A stretch of DNA of 64,000 nt from Anthoceros angustus (GCA_010909165.1 MU008214.1:197905-261904); one strand, 5' to 3'. Counted from the stretch's first letter, positions 22,760 to 35,903 are shown. The notes: generated from the letters alone by a model not told the origin. A program made the numbers and translations.

Positions 22760-23090
22760 GCCCAGCGGGTGAGCGACTTGTTTGTTGGCACCTACCTGGT
22801 TGACATGCTTGGAAAAGGAGGGGAAACTGGAAGATGCACGCCGGAGCCCTGCACACTTGTGCATTTGGGTGCTCGAGCTGCATCCGATGTTCTGCCACGA
22901 AAGGATGTAGTCACGCGGAATAGCATGATCGCCGGGTATGCTGATGGAGGGCGTGGTGAAGTAACCCTCGACCTGTGTGGAGCCATGGGGGCTCGGTGGG
23001 AGACACGGCAACACCGAGATAGGAAGACCCCACGACCTGGAATTTGCCTCAGCTAATGACTTTCTGCATGTATGCGCACACGCCTGATGG
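22760..23090 (+). pseudogene. PLS-class PPR fragment
   Basis: DLFVGTYLVDM..KDVVTRNSMIAGYA..G resembles the PPR consensus DVFVGNALVDMY..DVVSWNSMIAGY. Confidence 0.6.
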
Positions 23091-23109
23091 TGCTACTTTA
23101 CTTTCCTTC

Positions 23110-23930
23110 TAGCAGCATGCAGTCATGAGTGACTGGTCGGCGATGGACAGAAGTTGTAATTGGTAACGTACAGAAGGCTAGAACTGAAAGCAGCTGCGCA
23201 AACACATGTTGAGTTTCAGCTTGGCTGGTATGCGATAAGCTCTTTTCTTCTCTGCTACAGGACCATTCTAGGCAGATTAAGGTGCTGTCGTATTTGCAGC
23301 TGGGTCTGTCCTTTTCTTTTTGACACTGCTTGTATTGCCATCTCCAGGTTTTTGGACCCTATCTTTTGTGGTGACTACCACGTGGTCATGAGATCACATG
23401 TCGGAGATCGTCTGCCTACATTCTCTAAAACTGAGTCGGACTTGCTGCGAGGCCCAATAGATTTCGTTGGCATGAACCACTACACCTCTGGCTGGGTGTC
23501 TGCTGGTGCATCACCAGCAATTTCACAGAACTCAGATATGCCCAAGATCAGTGGGTTGTTGTAACAGGTGGGAGTGCTATACCTTTTGTCTCAAGTTGGT
23601 TTTGGCACCAAAACAATGCTCAGTTGAATCGGTGAGCACTAGTGTTTACTAATATCGGTTGTTATGGATTACAGCTGTGCGTAATGGTGTTCCTATTGGA
23701 GACAAGGTAAGAGTCATCATAAGACTCGCTAGGCGCATGCTCTGTGCCTCTTTACGGGGGAGGTGAGTGAAAAGCCGAGGATTTGCGAAACCTTCCTACC
23801 TGCCGAGAGGAACGAATTGCAGGCAGCATCGGACTGGCTATACATAGTTCCTTGGGGAGTACAAAGTGCTTGTCTCGTAGGTCTCCAATCGATACAACAA
23901 CCCTCCCATTTATATCACGGAGAACGGTGG
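23110..23930 (+). pseudogene. GH1 beta-glucosidase, 3' exons only; last exons duplicated at 25700-25990
   Basis: AAAQTHVEFQLGW/FLDPIFCGDY..GDRLPTF..DFVGMNHYT; AASDWLYIVPWG; NNPPIYITENG (nucleophile motif). No N-terminal NEP exons seen; frameshifts present. Confidence 0.8.
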
Positions 23931-26900
23931 GTAACTTTCTGCCCCAAAGCTAGCGCACTTTAAAATCTTCCAGCCGCTAAGACAGGACGACGATAGGTGT
24001 GGATGGCTCCAACGATCCAGCAGTACCACTGACGTAGGTACTAAAGGACACAGCGACTGCGCTACTACCATGGCTACCTGACCAATCTTCAAGCTTTCTC
24101 CTGCTACCCTACAAGGGCCGCGGTATGCCTATGCAAAGTGCACAAGGGAGGAAAAGGCATTATGTTGTGAAACGCCTCGGGCATAACACTAGACCCCACC
24201 GTTGTTAAATTACGACATGAAAGTACAATATAATTTTATAAAAATGAAATATTTTAAAGTTTTTTATTATAAAATAATCAGTCGAACCTCTGAAATGGTG
24301 TAGCCCTCCTTGTAAGCCTACACATCGATACCCGATGGAAGTTAATGCCTGGCACAGCCGTGCCAGGCCTTACGGCTGGTGCCAAAAGCCATTCCGTTTC
24401 GCCCAACGACGCGGCCTTACCAGTTCTCATCCTCCGTCCCGTGAGTTGAACGCGGTCTTGCAGTATGCGATCACGCGATGGTAAACCATGCGTGCATGAA
24501 CCATGCTTGGATCACGCGATAATAAACCGTAAACATCAGCCTGTAGAGTTTCCGGTTACGATGAACTTAATGTGTTGAGAGCGGAAGGAACGCTAATGGA
24601 ACGCTGGCTTTGAGAGCGCGTTCATCTTTTGTCTCGCCGTTTTCTCTAGAAGAGTTGATTGCTTGTCTATCATACCTCGATGGAAAGCTTACAACAAGAC
24701 GGACAAGCCGGTGTGAAGCACGCTCGGTTTCAATGAAAGGTGACAGAGATACGAGCAAAGGAAGCCTTTGAAAGGCATGCCATCTATTTCTCTACCCGCT
24801 TTGTCCAGATGAGTCAAATGCTTTCTTATCATACTTCAATGAAAAGCTTACAACGAGACGGACAAGCCGGTATGAAGCACGCTAGGTTCCAATGAAAGAA
24901 GACGGAGATATGAGCGAAAGACGCCTTTGAAAGGCATGTCATCTTTTTGTCTACCCGCTTTCTCCAGATGAGTCAAATGCTTTCTTATCAGTCTTTGAAG
25001 GAAAGCTTACAACATGACAGACACGTCGGTGTGCAGCACGCCTGGTTTCGATCAAAGATGAAGGAGATATGAACCGAAGAAGCTTTTGAAAGGCAGTTCA
25101 CATTTTGTCTACCCGCTGTCTCCAGAAGAGTCAAATGCTCCCCTATCATACATCGATGAAAAGCTTACAACGAGACGGACAAGCCGGTATGCAGGCTACT
25201 TGGCTTCGATCAAGGACAACAGAGCTACTACGGAAAGCTGCCTTTGAAACAATGGTCACAGTTTCCAAGTCACTACTTTTGTCTTCTTCATTGGCACTTC
25301 ATCAAACCCTCTTAACCATTGCAAACTGTTTGAACCTTCATTCACAGGCACCTCTTGTAATGGCATTTGTGACCAAGGTCTCTCTCTTTGAAATTTTGTA
25401 AGTATCCGAATTTGATGTAAGGTTTGTTTCATGATAGCGGCAATATCAAAACACGGATCCTTGTGATGGAAAGCAACCTCACAAATCTCCCTACATCCTG
25501 CTTCAATTGTGTCCATCCTTCGCTGCTTGTTGGGTCCCTTTGAATCCTTCTTATAGAAATTTGTTGGATGCTCTTTGTTTGCGCTCATACCGGCTACAAA
25601 GTCCACCACTCATCCATCAAGATGTGAGCAACACGAATCATCCTGATGCCCATGTGCCCATTTGAATGGCTCGAGGAGCACACCACTCCAAATATCGGTG
25701 AGCACTAGTGTTTACTAATATCGGTTGTTATGGATTACAGCTGTGCGTAATGGTGTTCCTATTGGAGACAAGGTAAGAGTCATCATAAGACTCGCTAGGC
25801 GCATGCTCTGTGCCTCTTTACGGGAGGTGAGTGAAAAGCCGAGGATTTGCGAAACCTTCCTACCTGCCGAGAGGAACGAATTGCAGGCAGCATCGGACTG
25901 GCTATACATAGTTCCTTGGGAGTACAAAGTGCTTGTCTCGTAGGTCTCAATCGATACAACAACCCTCCCATTTATATCACGGAGAACGGTGGGTAACTTT
26001 CTGCCCCAAAGCTAGCGCACTTTAAAATCTTCCAGCCGCTAAGACAGGACGACGATAGGTGTGGATGGCTCCAACGATCCAGCAGTACCACTGACGTAGG
26101 TACTAAAGGACACAGCGACTGCGCTACTACCATGGCTACCTGACCAATCTTCAAGCTTTCTCCTGCTACCCTACAAGGGCCGCGGTATGCCTATGCAAAG
26201 TGCACAAGGGAGGAAAAGGCATTATGTTGTGAAACGCCTCGGGCATAACACTAGACCCCACCGTTGTTAAATTACGACATGAAAGTACAATATAATTTTA
26301 TAAAAATGAAATATTTTAAAGTTTTTTATTATAAAATAATCAGTCGAACCTCTGAAATGGTGTAGCCTTGTGTTTCACATCGATACCCGATGGAAGTTAA
26401 TGCCTGGCACAGCCGTGCCAGGCCTTGCAACTGGTGCCATCTGTTTCGCCCAACGACGCGGCCTTACCAGTTCTCATCCTCCGTCCCGTGAGTTGAACGC
26501 GGTCTTGCAGTATGCGATCACGCGATGGTAAACCATGCGTGCATGAACCATGCTTGGATCACGCGATAATAAACCATGCGCTTATCAGCCTGTAGAGTTT
26601 CCCGGTTACGATGAACTTAATGTGTTGAGAGCGGAAGGAACGCTAATGGAACGCTGGCTTTGAGAGCGCGTTCATCTTTTGTCTCGCCGTTTTCTCTAGA
26701 AGAGTTGATTGCTTGTCTATCATACCTCGATGGAAAGCTTACAACAAGACGGACAAGCGGTGTGAAGCACGCTCGGTTTCAATGAAAGGTGACAGAGATA
26801 GAGCAAAGGAAGCCTTTGAAAGGCATGCCATCTATTTCTCTACCCGCTTTGTCCAGATGAGTCAAATGCTTTCTTATCATACTTCAATGAAAAGCTTACA

Positions 26901-27739
26901 ACAAGACGGACAAGCCGGTATGAAGCACGCTAGGTTCCAATGAAAGAAGACGGAGATATGAGCGAAAGACGACGCCTTTGAAAGGCATGTCATCTTTTGT
27001 CTACCCGCTTTCTCCAGATGAGTCAAATGCTTTCTTATCAGTCTTTGATGGAAAGCTTACAACATGACACGTCGGTGCAGCACGCCTGGTTTCGATCAAA
27101 GATGAAGGAGATATGAACCGAAGAAGCTTTTGAAAGGCTTCACATTTTGTCTACCCAGTCTGTAAGAGTCAAATGCTCCCCTATCATACATCGATGAAAA
27201 GCTTACAACGAGACGGACAAGCCGGTATGCAGGCTACTTGGCTTCGATCAAGGACAACAGAGCTACTACGGAAAGCGCCTTTGAAACAATGGTCACAGTT
27301 TCCAAGTCACTACTTTTGTCTTCTTCATTGGCACTTCATCAAACCCTCTTAACCATTGCAAACTGTTTGAACCTTCATTCACAGGCACCTCTTGTAATGG
27401 CATTTGTGACCAAGGTCTCTCTCTTTGAAATTTTGTAAGTATCCGAATTTGATGTAAGGTTTGTTTCATGATAGCGGCAATATCAAAACACGGATCCTTG
27501 TGATGGAAAGCAACCTCACAAATCTCCCTACATCCTGCTTCAATTGTGTCCATCCTTCGCTGCTTGTTGGGTCCCTTTGAATCCTTCTTATAGAAATTTG
27601 TTGGATGCTCTTTGTTTGCGCTCATACCGGCTACAAAGTCCACCACTCATCCATCAAGATGTGAGCAACACGAATCATCCTGATGCCCATGTGCCCATTT
27701 GAATGGCTCGAGGAGCACACCACTCCAAATATCGGTGAG
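23628..27739. repeat. tandem duplication, 2 x ~2.05 kb
   Basis: Units 23628-25702 and 25694-27739. ATCGGTGAG microhomology at 23628, 25694 and 27731. Confidence 0.9.
24671..25240. repeat. ~159 bp tandem repeat x3.5 (also at 26721-27280)
   Basis: CATAC.TC.ATG.AAAGCTTACAAC recurs at 24671, 24829, 24989 and 25148. Confidence 0.85.
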
Positions 27740-27761
27740 AAGTGTCCGGGTTTAGGCAATT

Positions 27762-28315
27762 GCACCACGAATGGTGTATCCGAGGCCGCTCCTCAAAATT
27801 TTTGCACTCGATGCGATCCATGTACACTAAGCTCAATCAAAGCTGCCCTTGACAAGTAAGATCATCGGCCCTAATCGAACCCCTTTGGTCGGTGATGGCG
27901 AAACTTTGAACATAGCGTGACGTGAATTTGGGCAATCGTTTGAATGAACATTAGGGTTAATGGTGATTGCCATGAAGCTAGGTATTGTAGCGTAATTGGC
28001 GCATGGTTTACTATCGCATGATACCACACCGCAACACCGCGAATAACTGTTAGTGTACACAACGGGTTGACTCACAGACGGAGAATGAGAAGCGGTAAAG
28101 GCCGTCGTTGGGCGTATGAAATGGCTTTGGCACTACCGTAAGGCTGGCTGCACAATACCGCACGGGTGTGGCGGGCATTAACTCCATCGGGTATCGATGT
28201 GTAGGCTCCTTGTAACAAATTACTGACCTTGTTGTGAAAAGTCATTTGGATTGTAAATCTCATTTCACCCCAAATTGAGCTAGGCCTTAGGTTTGAAGTT
28301 TATAAAATATGATAA
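27762..28315. mobile_element. non-coding dispersed repeat, probably a non-autonomous element; copies at 28436-28970 and 30240-30782, related inverted core at 24300-24460 and 26370-26500
   Basis: Shared core CATCGGGTATCGATGTGTAGGC..GGCCGTCGTTGGGCG in opposite orientations. Termini not resolved. Confidence 0.55.
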
Positions 28316-28970
28316 TTTTTATTGGGGGAACATTTTTATGGAAAAAATAGATGGGAAAAGCCCATCCGGTAGAGACAACCAAGGAAGACCACAGAGGTCG
28401 TGGTGAAAAGGAGTAGCTAAGCTCCTGCAGTCTGTTGCACCACGAATGGTGTATCCGAGGCCGCTCCTCAAAATTTTTGCACTCGATGCGATCCATGTAC
28501 ACTAAGCTCAATCAAAGCTGCCCTTGACAAGTAAGATCATCGGCCTAATCGAACCCCTTTGGTCGGTAATGGCGACTTTGAACATAAGCGGGGCGTGAAT
28601 TTGGGCAATCGTTTGAATGAACATTAGGGTTAATGGTGATTGCCATGAAGCTAGGTATTGTAGCGTAATTGGCGCATGGTTTACTATCGCATGATACCCT
28701 TTCCATTGGGGAATAACTGTTAGTGTACACAACGGGTTGACTCACAGACGGAGAATGAAGGCCAGTAGGCCGTCGTTGTATGTGAAATGGCTTTGGCACT
28801 GTAAGGCACAACCGCGCGAGTGGCATGGGCATTAACTCCATCGGGTATCGATGTGTAGGCTCCTTGTAACAAAGGTACTGACCTTGTTGTGAAAAGTCAT
28901 TTGGATTGTAAATCTCATTTCACCCCAAATTGAGCTAGGCCTTAGGTTTGAAGTTTATAAAATATGATAA

Positions 28971-30235
28971 TTTTTATTGGAGACATTTTTATGGAAAAAA
29001 AATAGATGGGAAAAGCCCATCCGGTGAGGACAACCAAGGAGACCACAGAGGTCGTGGTGAAAAGGAGTAGCTAAGCTCCCTGCAGGAAGTCACCAACTGC
29101 ACCTACAATATTGAACGCTGGAAGAGTAAACGTCTTACAAACAACAGAGGAAGAGGAGGATGCATCACTTGCTGTCGCCGCTCTGTGGAAAATCGCCGTG
29201 GAAAGGACCCGAAGAAGGGCAATGGAGACCGTGTCTGAAGAATGTCGTGAAGTAGGAAAGGGACTGCCTCGCACCGTGCCTGCAGACATGATAAGCCTTG
29301 GCGCATGACTTGATAAATGTATCAAAATCCTTAGCCATCGCCATATACGTTTCAAAGGCGAGAGGAATGAATTGGTGGCCCGCTTGCATCCCGCTATATT
29401 TCTTGACTTTGAGAGCCGCCGCCCCGGCAACAGCCCATCCTGGATGGTTAGTGATCACCTGTGCAGAGATGGTGTCGCGTGCAAGGTCAATAACCACCAC
29501 GTCCACCACCGAATCTTGGTCACCGCGTATGAAGTACAAGTCACCCTCATTGACTGACCTGTACGAAAAGTGTAGCCTCTCTCCCTTCAGGCCATGTAGT
29601 CGCTTTCACGAGCTATGGCGAACATGACATCACAAATGGCATCATGGGTGGCAATGCGATGACCCCGGAAACAACGATCAAGGTATCCCAGAGTCGTCAA
29701 GAACAACCTTTTCGAAGGTAAGGAGGAAGAAGCCTGGGCGGGGCCAAGGCAATCGCATCGTAGTAGAAGGTAGTTGGTGCGATGTGAAACCCCATATACA
29801 TGGATGAGCTAAAAGCCGAGCTTGCGCCTTGAAACAAGAAAGCTAAGCTGTGTGGACCTAGGGATGGAGGTGTCGGAGGGCCAGTGGCGGTCCAAACCCT
29901 AGAACAACCACAAGAGTCTATGAGTCCCAGAGAGCAATTGCTCTAGCTCTCACATCCAATTTAGGGTCCACTTCACGTCTTTCAAGGAGCATATAGGTGC
30001 CTATATCGCAAAGAAGAGGAAATAAAAGAATCTGAACCCAGAAAGTGAATCAAAGTGGACGTTGGAAGGAAGTATGTATCTAGTTGAGGCTATGGCTCGG
30101 TCTTCAAGGAGGAGCCTATCTAGACCTGGACCGAGGCACAAGAAATAGAGTTTGTTGGCGAGTCCCAAGCCCAAGAGCGACCACTCTATCTAGCTCCCAC
30201 GTCCAATGCAAGGACCACGCTCAAATGCCTTGTGC
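28971..30235 (-). mobile_element. 5'-truncated CRE-like non-LTR retrotransposon (post-RT region, Zn knuckle, RLE, 3' tail); duplicate at 30783-32085
   Basis: DVRARA.., THDAICDVMFAIA, RVDL..VVDVVV, LKVKKY..FIPLAFETY, SIALLRVLSTAI, then hairpin and AATAAA/poly(A). Confidence 0.8.
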
Positions 30236-32542
30236 AATTGCACCACGAATGGTGTATCCGAGGCCGCTCCTCAAAATTTTTGCACGATCCATGTACACTA
30301 AGCTCAATCAAAGCTGCCCTTGACAAGTAAGATCATCGGCCTAATCTGAACCCCTTTGGTCAGCGTAAGCGGAAACTTTGAACATAGCAGACGTGAATTT
30401 GGGCAATCGTTTGAATGAACATTAGGGTTAATGGTGATTGCCATGAAGCTAGGTATTGTAAGCGTAATTGGCGCATGGTTTACTATCGCATGATACCCGC
30501 ACCGCAACACCGCGAATAACTGTTAGTGTACACAACGGGTTAGACAGACGGAGAATGAGAAGCGTAAGGCCGTTGGGCGTATGAAATGGCTTTGGCACTA
30601 CCGTAAGGCCTGGCACAACCGTACCGCACGGGCTGTGGCAGGCATTAACTTCCATCGGGTATCGATGTGTAGGCTCCTTGTAACAAGGTACAGCCTTGTT
30701 GTGAAAAGTCATTTGGATTGTAAATCTCATTTCACCCCAAATTGAGCTAGGCCTTAGGTTTGAAGTTTATAAAATATGATAATTTTTATTGGGGGGAACA
30801 TTTTTTATGGGAAAAAAAAATAGATGGGAAAAGCCCATCCGGTAGAGGACAACCAAGGAAGACCCTGAAGGTCGTGGTGAAAAGGAGTAGCTAAGCTCCC
30901 TGCAGGAAGTCACCAACTGCACCTACAATATTGAACGCTGGAAGAGTAAACGTCTTACAAACAACAGAGGAAGAGGAGGATGCATCACTTGCTGTCGCCG
31001 CTCTGTGGAAAATCGCCGTGGAAAGGACCCGAAGAAGGGCAATGGAGACCGTGTCTGAAGAATGTCGTGAAGTAGGAAAGGGACTGCCTCGCACCGTGCC
31101 TGCAGACATGATAAGCCTTGGCGCATGACTTGATAAATGTATCAAAATCCTTAGCCATCGCCATATACGTTTCAAAGGCGAGAGGAATGAATTGGTGGCC
31201 CGCTTGCATCCCGCTATATTTCTTGACTTTGAGAGCCGCCGCCCCGGCAACAGCCCATCCTGGATGGTTAGTGATCACTCGGAGAGATGGTGTCGTGCAA
31301 GGTCAATAACCACCACGTCCACCACCGAATCTTGGTCACGCGTGAAGTACAAGTCACCCTCATTGGTGACACATGCGAAAAGTGTAGCCTCTCTCCCTTC
31401 AGGCCATGTAGTCGCTTTCACGAGCTATGGCGAACATGACATCACAAATGGCATCATGGGTGGCAATGCGATGACCCCGGAAACAACGATCAAGGTATCC
31501 CAGAGTCGTCAAGAGCACAACCGCACTCGAAGGTAAGGAGGGAAGAAGCCACAAGCTGGAGCAGGCCAAGACGAAATCGCATCGTAGTAGAGAAGGTAGT
31601 TGGTGCGATGTGAAAACCCCATATACATGGATGAGCTAAAAGCCAGGCGCTTGCGCCCTTCCCAGAGCAAGAGCGAAGCTAAGCCTGTGTGGACCTAGGG
31701 ATGGAGGTGTCCAGGAGGACGGACTGAAAAGCGGTCCAAACCCTAGAACAACCACAAGAGTCTATGAGTCCCAGAGAGCAATTGCTCTAGCTCTCACATC
31801 CAATTTAGGGTCCACTTCACGTCTTTCAAGGAGCATATAGGTGCCTATATCGCAAAGAAGAGGAAATAAAAGAATCTGAACCCAGAAAGTGAATCAAAGT
31901 GGACGTTGGAAGGAAGTATGTATCTAGTTGAGGCTATGGCTCAGGTCTTCAAGGAGGAGCCTATCTAGACCCTGGACCAGGCACAAGAAATAGAGTTTGT
32001 TGACGAGTCCCAAGCCCAAGAGCGACCACTCTATCTAGCTCCCACGTCCAATGCAAGGACCACGCTCAAATGCCTTGTGCAATTGCCTGCACCTTAGGCA
32101 CTTCACTGGTGTCCTTGCAGTGGCAGCACTATAATTGGCAATTCATTTCTTTGGTGGTGAGGTTCTTCTGGGGACATTGGCTTGAGTTTGTTCCCTGTCC
32201 GGAGTTCTTCCTTGAGGCTTCTGTGAACTTGTGGTGTTGTGATGCCCCCTTGTCACGTTATACTATTTCTAATAAGCATTGGTCAATACATCTCCCTTCA
32301 TGACTCTCTTAGCCATCTCATAAGCTTGTTCCAGCTCGTTAGAATTTCCATTGTATTGTTCAGTATTTTTTGTGGATATCATTTAGTATTGGCGAAACAC
32401 AAGTCTTGCGTGAAGCAGGTTATAATAGTGAAGAGGCAAATGAGGCTGTGTGTCTTGCCATTCATGAGAAAAAGGCTGTGGTTGATGGGTTTATGGTGGG
32501 AGGGTATCTTCCACGCACTCTGGCAAGAAAGGCTCAAAAATC

Positions 32543-34355
32543 TGTAAGGGTATTAAAGCCCAATGTACTTAGACTAATACACTTAGTCTAAGTTAAGTGT
32601 CAGTTAAGTATCATTAGTTTAGCTGAAGCTAATCACTAGGAAGCTTCTTGTGCTCCTTCCTAGGGGGTTCTTGTGGAGCTTCCTAGGGAGCCCTGTTGGA
32701 GGGTATAAATACCCCCATAGCCTCATCTCAAGGAGAGAGATACATTTGCCTCCTCCTCTCCTCTCCTCTTTCCACCATCATGTGCTGCCACACGATCCTT
32801 CAACTGGTATCAGAGCCAGTCAAAATGACAACTTTGCGATGTGTTCTTGCTTTGGTTGTCAGGAATGATATGGAACTTATACAGATGGATGTCAAGACGG
32901 CATTCTTGCATGGTGACCTTCAAGAGGAAGTCTACATGCAGCAACCAGAAGGTTTTGTTGAGAAGGGCAAGAGAATCGGTGTGCGAGGTTGAGGAAGAGC
33001 CTTTATGGTTTGAAATAGGCACCAGTGGTATCACAAGTTCCACTCATTTATGCTTTCTCAAGGCTACAAGCGTGGCGATGAGGATCATTGCCTCTATCTG
33101 AAGCAAGCTAAGGATCAAAGCTTGCTCATTTTGATCCTCTATGTGGATGATATGCTAATTCTTTGGGAGCAGTCTTGATGAGATTTGTTGAAGTCAAAGT
33201 TGAATGCTCACTTTGAAATAGCAGACTTGGGAGGCGAGCCATATACTTGGCATGCGTATTCGTCGGAGCAGACATAGCGTCACTTTATTTGTCTCGGACG
33301 GAATACATTAGAGTGCTTCAACGTTTCAACATGGAGAAGGGAAGCCATTGGGTACTCCATTGCCTCCATATGTGAAACTTTCAAGCGCGGTTGCCCAAGC
33401 TTTGAGGATGACAAAGCTGAAATGGAGAAGGTCCCATACTCATCGGTAGGGAGTTTGATGTATGCAATGATTGCTACGTCGACATTGCCTTTGCGGTGGG
33501 AGTGGTTAGCGAGTTTATGTCAAACCACGGCAAGAAGCATTGGGAGGCGATAAAAGGAGTTATGAGGTATCTGAATGGTACAAAAGCTTTGTGCATATGT
33601 TTTGGTAGTGAAGATGCATGTGTGGTTGGGTACAGATGCGATTATCGAGGATATGGACAAAGGAGGTCCACATCGGTTATGTCTTCATGTGCCTTTGGAG
33701 GCGATCTCATGGCGATCTCGTTTGCGATCGTGCATTCGCTATCTACCACAGGAGGAGTATGTTGCGACAGCGGGGCTTGCAAGGAAGCCATATGGCTTGC
33801 TCGTTTAGTGGGAGACTTGGGGATCAAGGTTGAGCCGGTGTTGCATTGTGATAGCAGTGCTATCAATTGGCAAAGAATCCGATGTTTCATGCGAAGACTA
33901 AACATGTGGATGTGAAGTATCACTTCATTCGAGAGGTGTTGGACGACAAGAGGTACAACTTGTCAAGGTTCACCGGCCGAACCTATGAGATATTCTTACC
34001 AAGGGACTCTCTACGACAATTTGCACAAGCTCGGACGGACGATGGGCATGAGGTAGTCCATTCTCTCTGAAGGTAAATTGGCCTTTAAGTGGGAGGTTGT
34101 AAGGGTATTAAAGCCCAATGTACTTAGACTAATACACTTAGTCTAAGTTAAGTGTCAGTTAAGTATCATTAGTTTAGCTGAAGCTAATCACTAGGAAGCT
34201 TCTTGTGCTCCTTCCTAGGGGGTTCTTGTGGAGCTTCCTAGGGAGCCCTGTTGGAGGGTATAAACACCCCCATAGCCTCATCTCAAGGAGAGATACATTT
34301 GCCTCCTCCTCTCCTCTCCTCTTTCCACCATCATATGCTGCCACACGATCCTTCA
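32543..34355 (+). mobile_element. internally deleted Ty1/Copia element with paired LTRs
   Basis: LTRs 32543-32802 and 34098-34355 (TG..CA); TSD AAATC on both sides; PBS TGGTATCAGAGCC; PPT AAGTGGGAGG; interior contains only RT/RNase H ([32 protein letters not shown], RTKHxDVKYHFIRE). Confidence 0.95.
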
Positions 34356-34599
34356 AAATCTTCTAGCTGAATTCAAGGTAATCTTCAATATCTCCCATTG
34401 TTCATTTCCTTGAGCGGCTTATGTGCATTGTCCTGGACTCTGACTCACTGTTTTGATTTGACTCGCAGGGGAGGAAACCTATGTTTTGATGAAGTGGAGA
34501 GTGTTTGAGAAGAAGAAGGGGAGTCAGGTTGTGGAACATAGGCTAGTGTCAAGGTCTTAGGGTTCAAAATAACTGCTCCACCCCGGACCACAAATAATG

Positions 34600-35075
34600 C
34601 TTAACTTTACTACGGACCTTGCACTTTACTACGACCCCTTTTATAAATGGCATTTCAAAGCATGCTTCACTTTACCACGAAACCTTCACTTTCCTACGAG
34701 CGCTACATTATACTACGACATGTTTTACGCCCTTTTTCTCAACGAAACAGACTTTACAACGAAACCGACTTTACAATGAAACAGATTTTACAACCGTTGA
34801 TGGGTTAGTTAACCCCGATTATCCTAACCGGGGTTAGTGCTAATGTAAAACTCCTTGTAAACACATCGTAGTAGTGGGTGTTGTAAAACTTGAAGGGTTA
34901 AGGTACATCATATATGCCCAGGTATACTACATACAGATACAGCATACATGCCTAGGGTATTTTACTTGGATACAACTCCATGGTGCTTACTACGGGCGTT
35001 TTACTACAAGACAGTTCGGTCCGTGGTGAAATCCAAAGTATTTTCCGTAGTAAAGGAGTGGTTTTTCTAGTAGTG
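34600..35075. mobile_element. CACTA-type right terminus with subterminal repeats
   Basis: Ends GTTTTTCTAGTAGTG (reverse complement CACTACTAGAAAAAC); many TTTACTAC/TTTACAAC motifs; similar motif cluster at 35945-36310. Confidence 0.6.
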
Positions 35076-35089
35076 ATAAGGCACACACA

Positions 35090-35400
35090 GCAAACAATGC
35101 TGATTGCCCACAACATACCACATCAGGCTGATTACCACATACAAGGCTAATTACCCCAGAGCGCATGAAGGGTGGGCTAATTTAAGAAGCCACATAGCGC
35201 ACACAAGGCCACACAAAGGTACACATGGCACACATGGCACACAAGGCTGATTACCCACAAAATTGCATACAAGGCTGATATCTGCACACAAGGCTAATTG
35301 CCGCATACAAGGCTGATTACCCACAAAACTAGACACAAGGCTGATTGCCGCACATAAGTCTGGTTACCCACAACACTGCACACAAGAGCTGAATATAGTC
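35090..35400. repeat. degenerate minisatellite (CACAAGGCTGATTACCCA-like)
   Basis: AAGGCT(G/A)ATT(A/G)CC recurs about eight times. Confidence 0.75.
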
Positions 35401-35714
35401 GCCAGAGCTCGAGCTTGCAATATCGTGAGCCCGCATCCTTGGTGCGACCGTCTGCCGGACATGGCGAGCAAGTGTAGGAGATGTAGCCAGGCTTTGTCTC
35501 AAGTGAAGGAAGCAACTCAACACTAAGCGCAGGATGGAGACGGTGCGACGGTAGGAGGGCGTCCACTTGTGAGGCCGAAATTGGGGTTCAAAGTAAGCGG
35601 TTGGTTGACTTACCAACGGGTGAAATGAAAACTAAAGTAAAAATAAAAGTATATAAAGTAAAAATAAAATAAAGCAAAATATATAAATTAATTAAATATT
35701 ATTAACTTAAAGTC

Positions 35715-35903
35715 ACACTCTCTCACATCTCTCTCTATTTTCCAAAATAACCAAGTGTTCCAAGCCATCTCTCACATCTCTCTCTATTTTCCAAAATAAC
35801 CAAGTGTTCCAAGCCATCTCTTTCTATTTTCCAAAATAACCAAGTGTTCCAAGCCATCTCTCACATCTCTCTCTATTTTCCAAAATAACCCAGTGTTCCA
35901 AGC
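35715..35903. repeat. 49 bp tandem repeat, ~4 copies
   Basis: TCTCTCACATCTCTCTCTATTTTCCAAAATAACCAAGTGTTCCAAGCCA. Confidence 0.95.

Larger units (their letters stand above)
27756..32086. repeat. tandem array: 0.68 kb partial unit plus 2 x ~1.8 kb
   Basis: Units restart with TGCACCACGAATGG at 27761, 28436 and 30239. GCAATTGC microhomology at 27756, 30234 and 32079. Confidence 0.9.
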
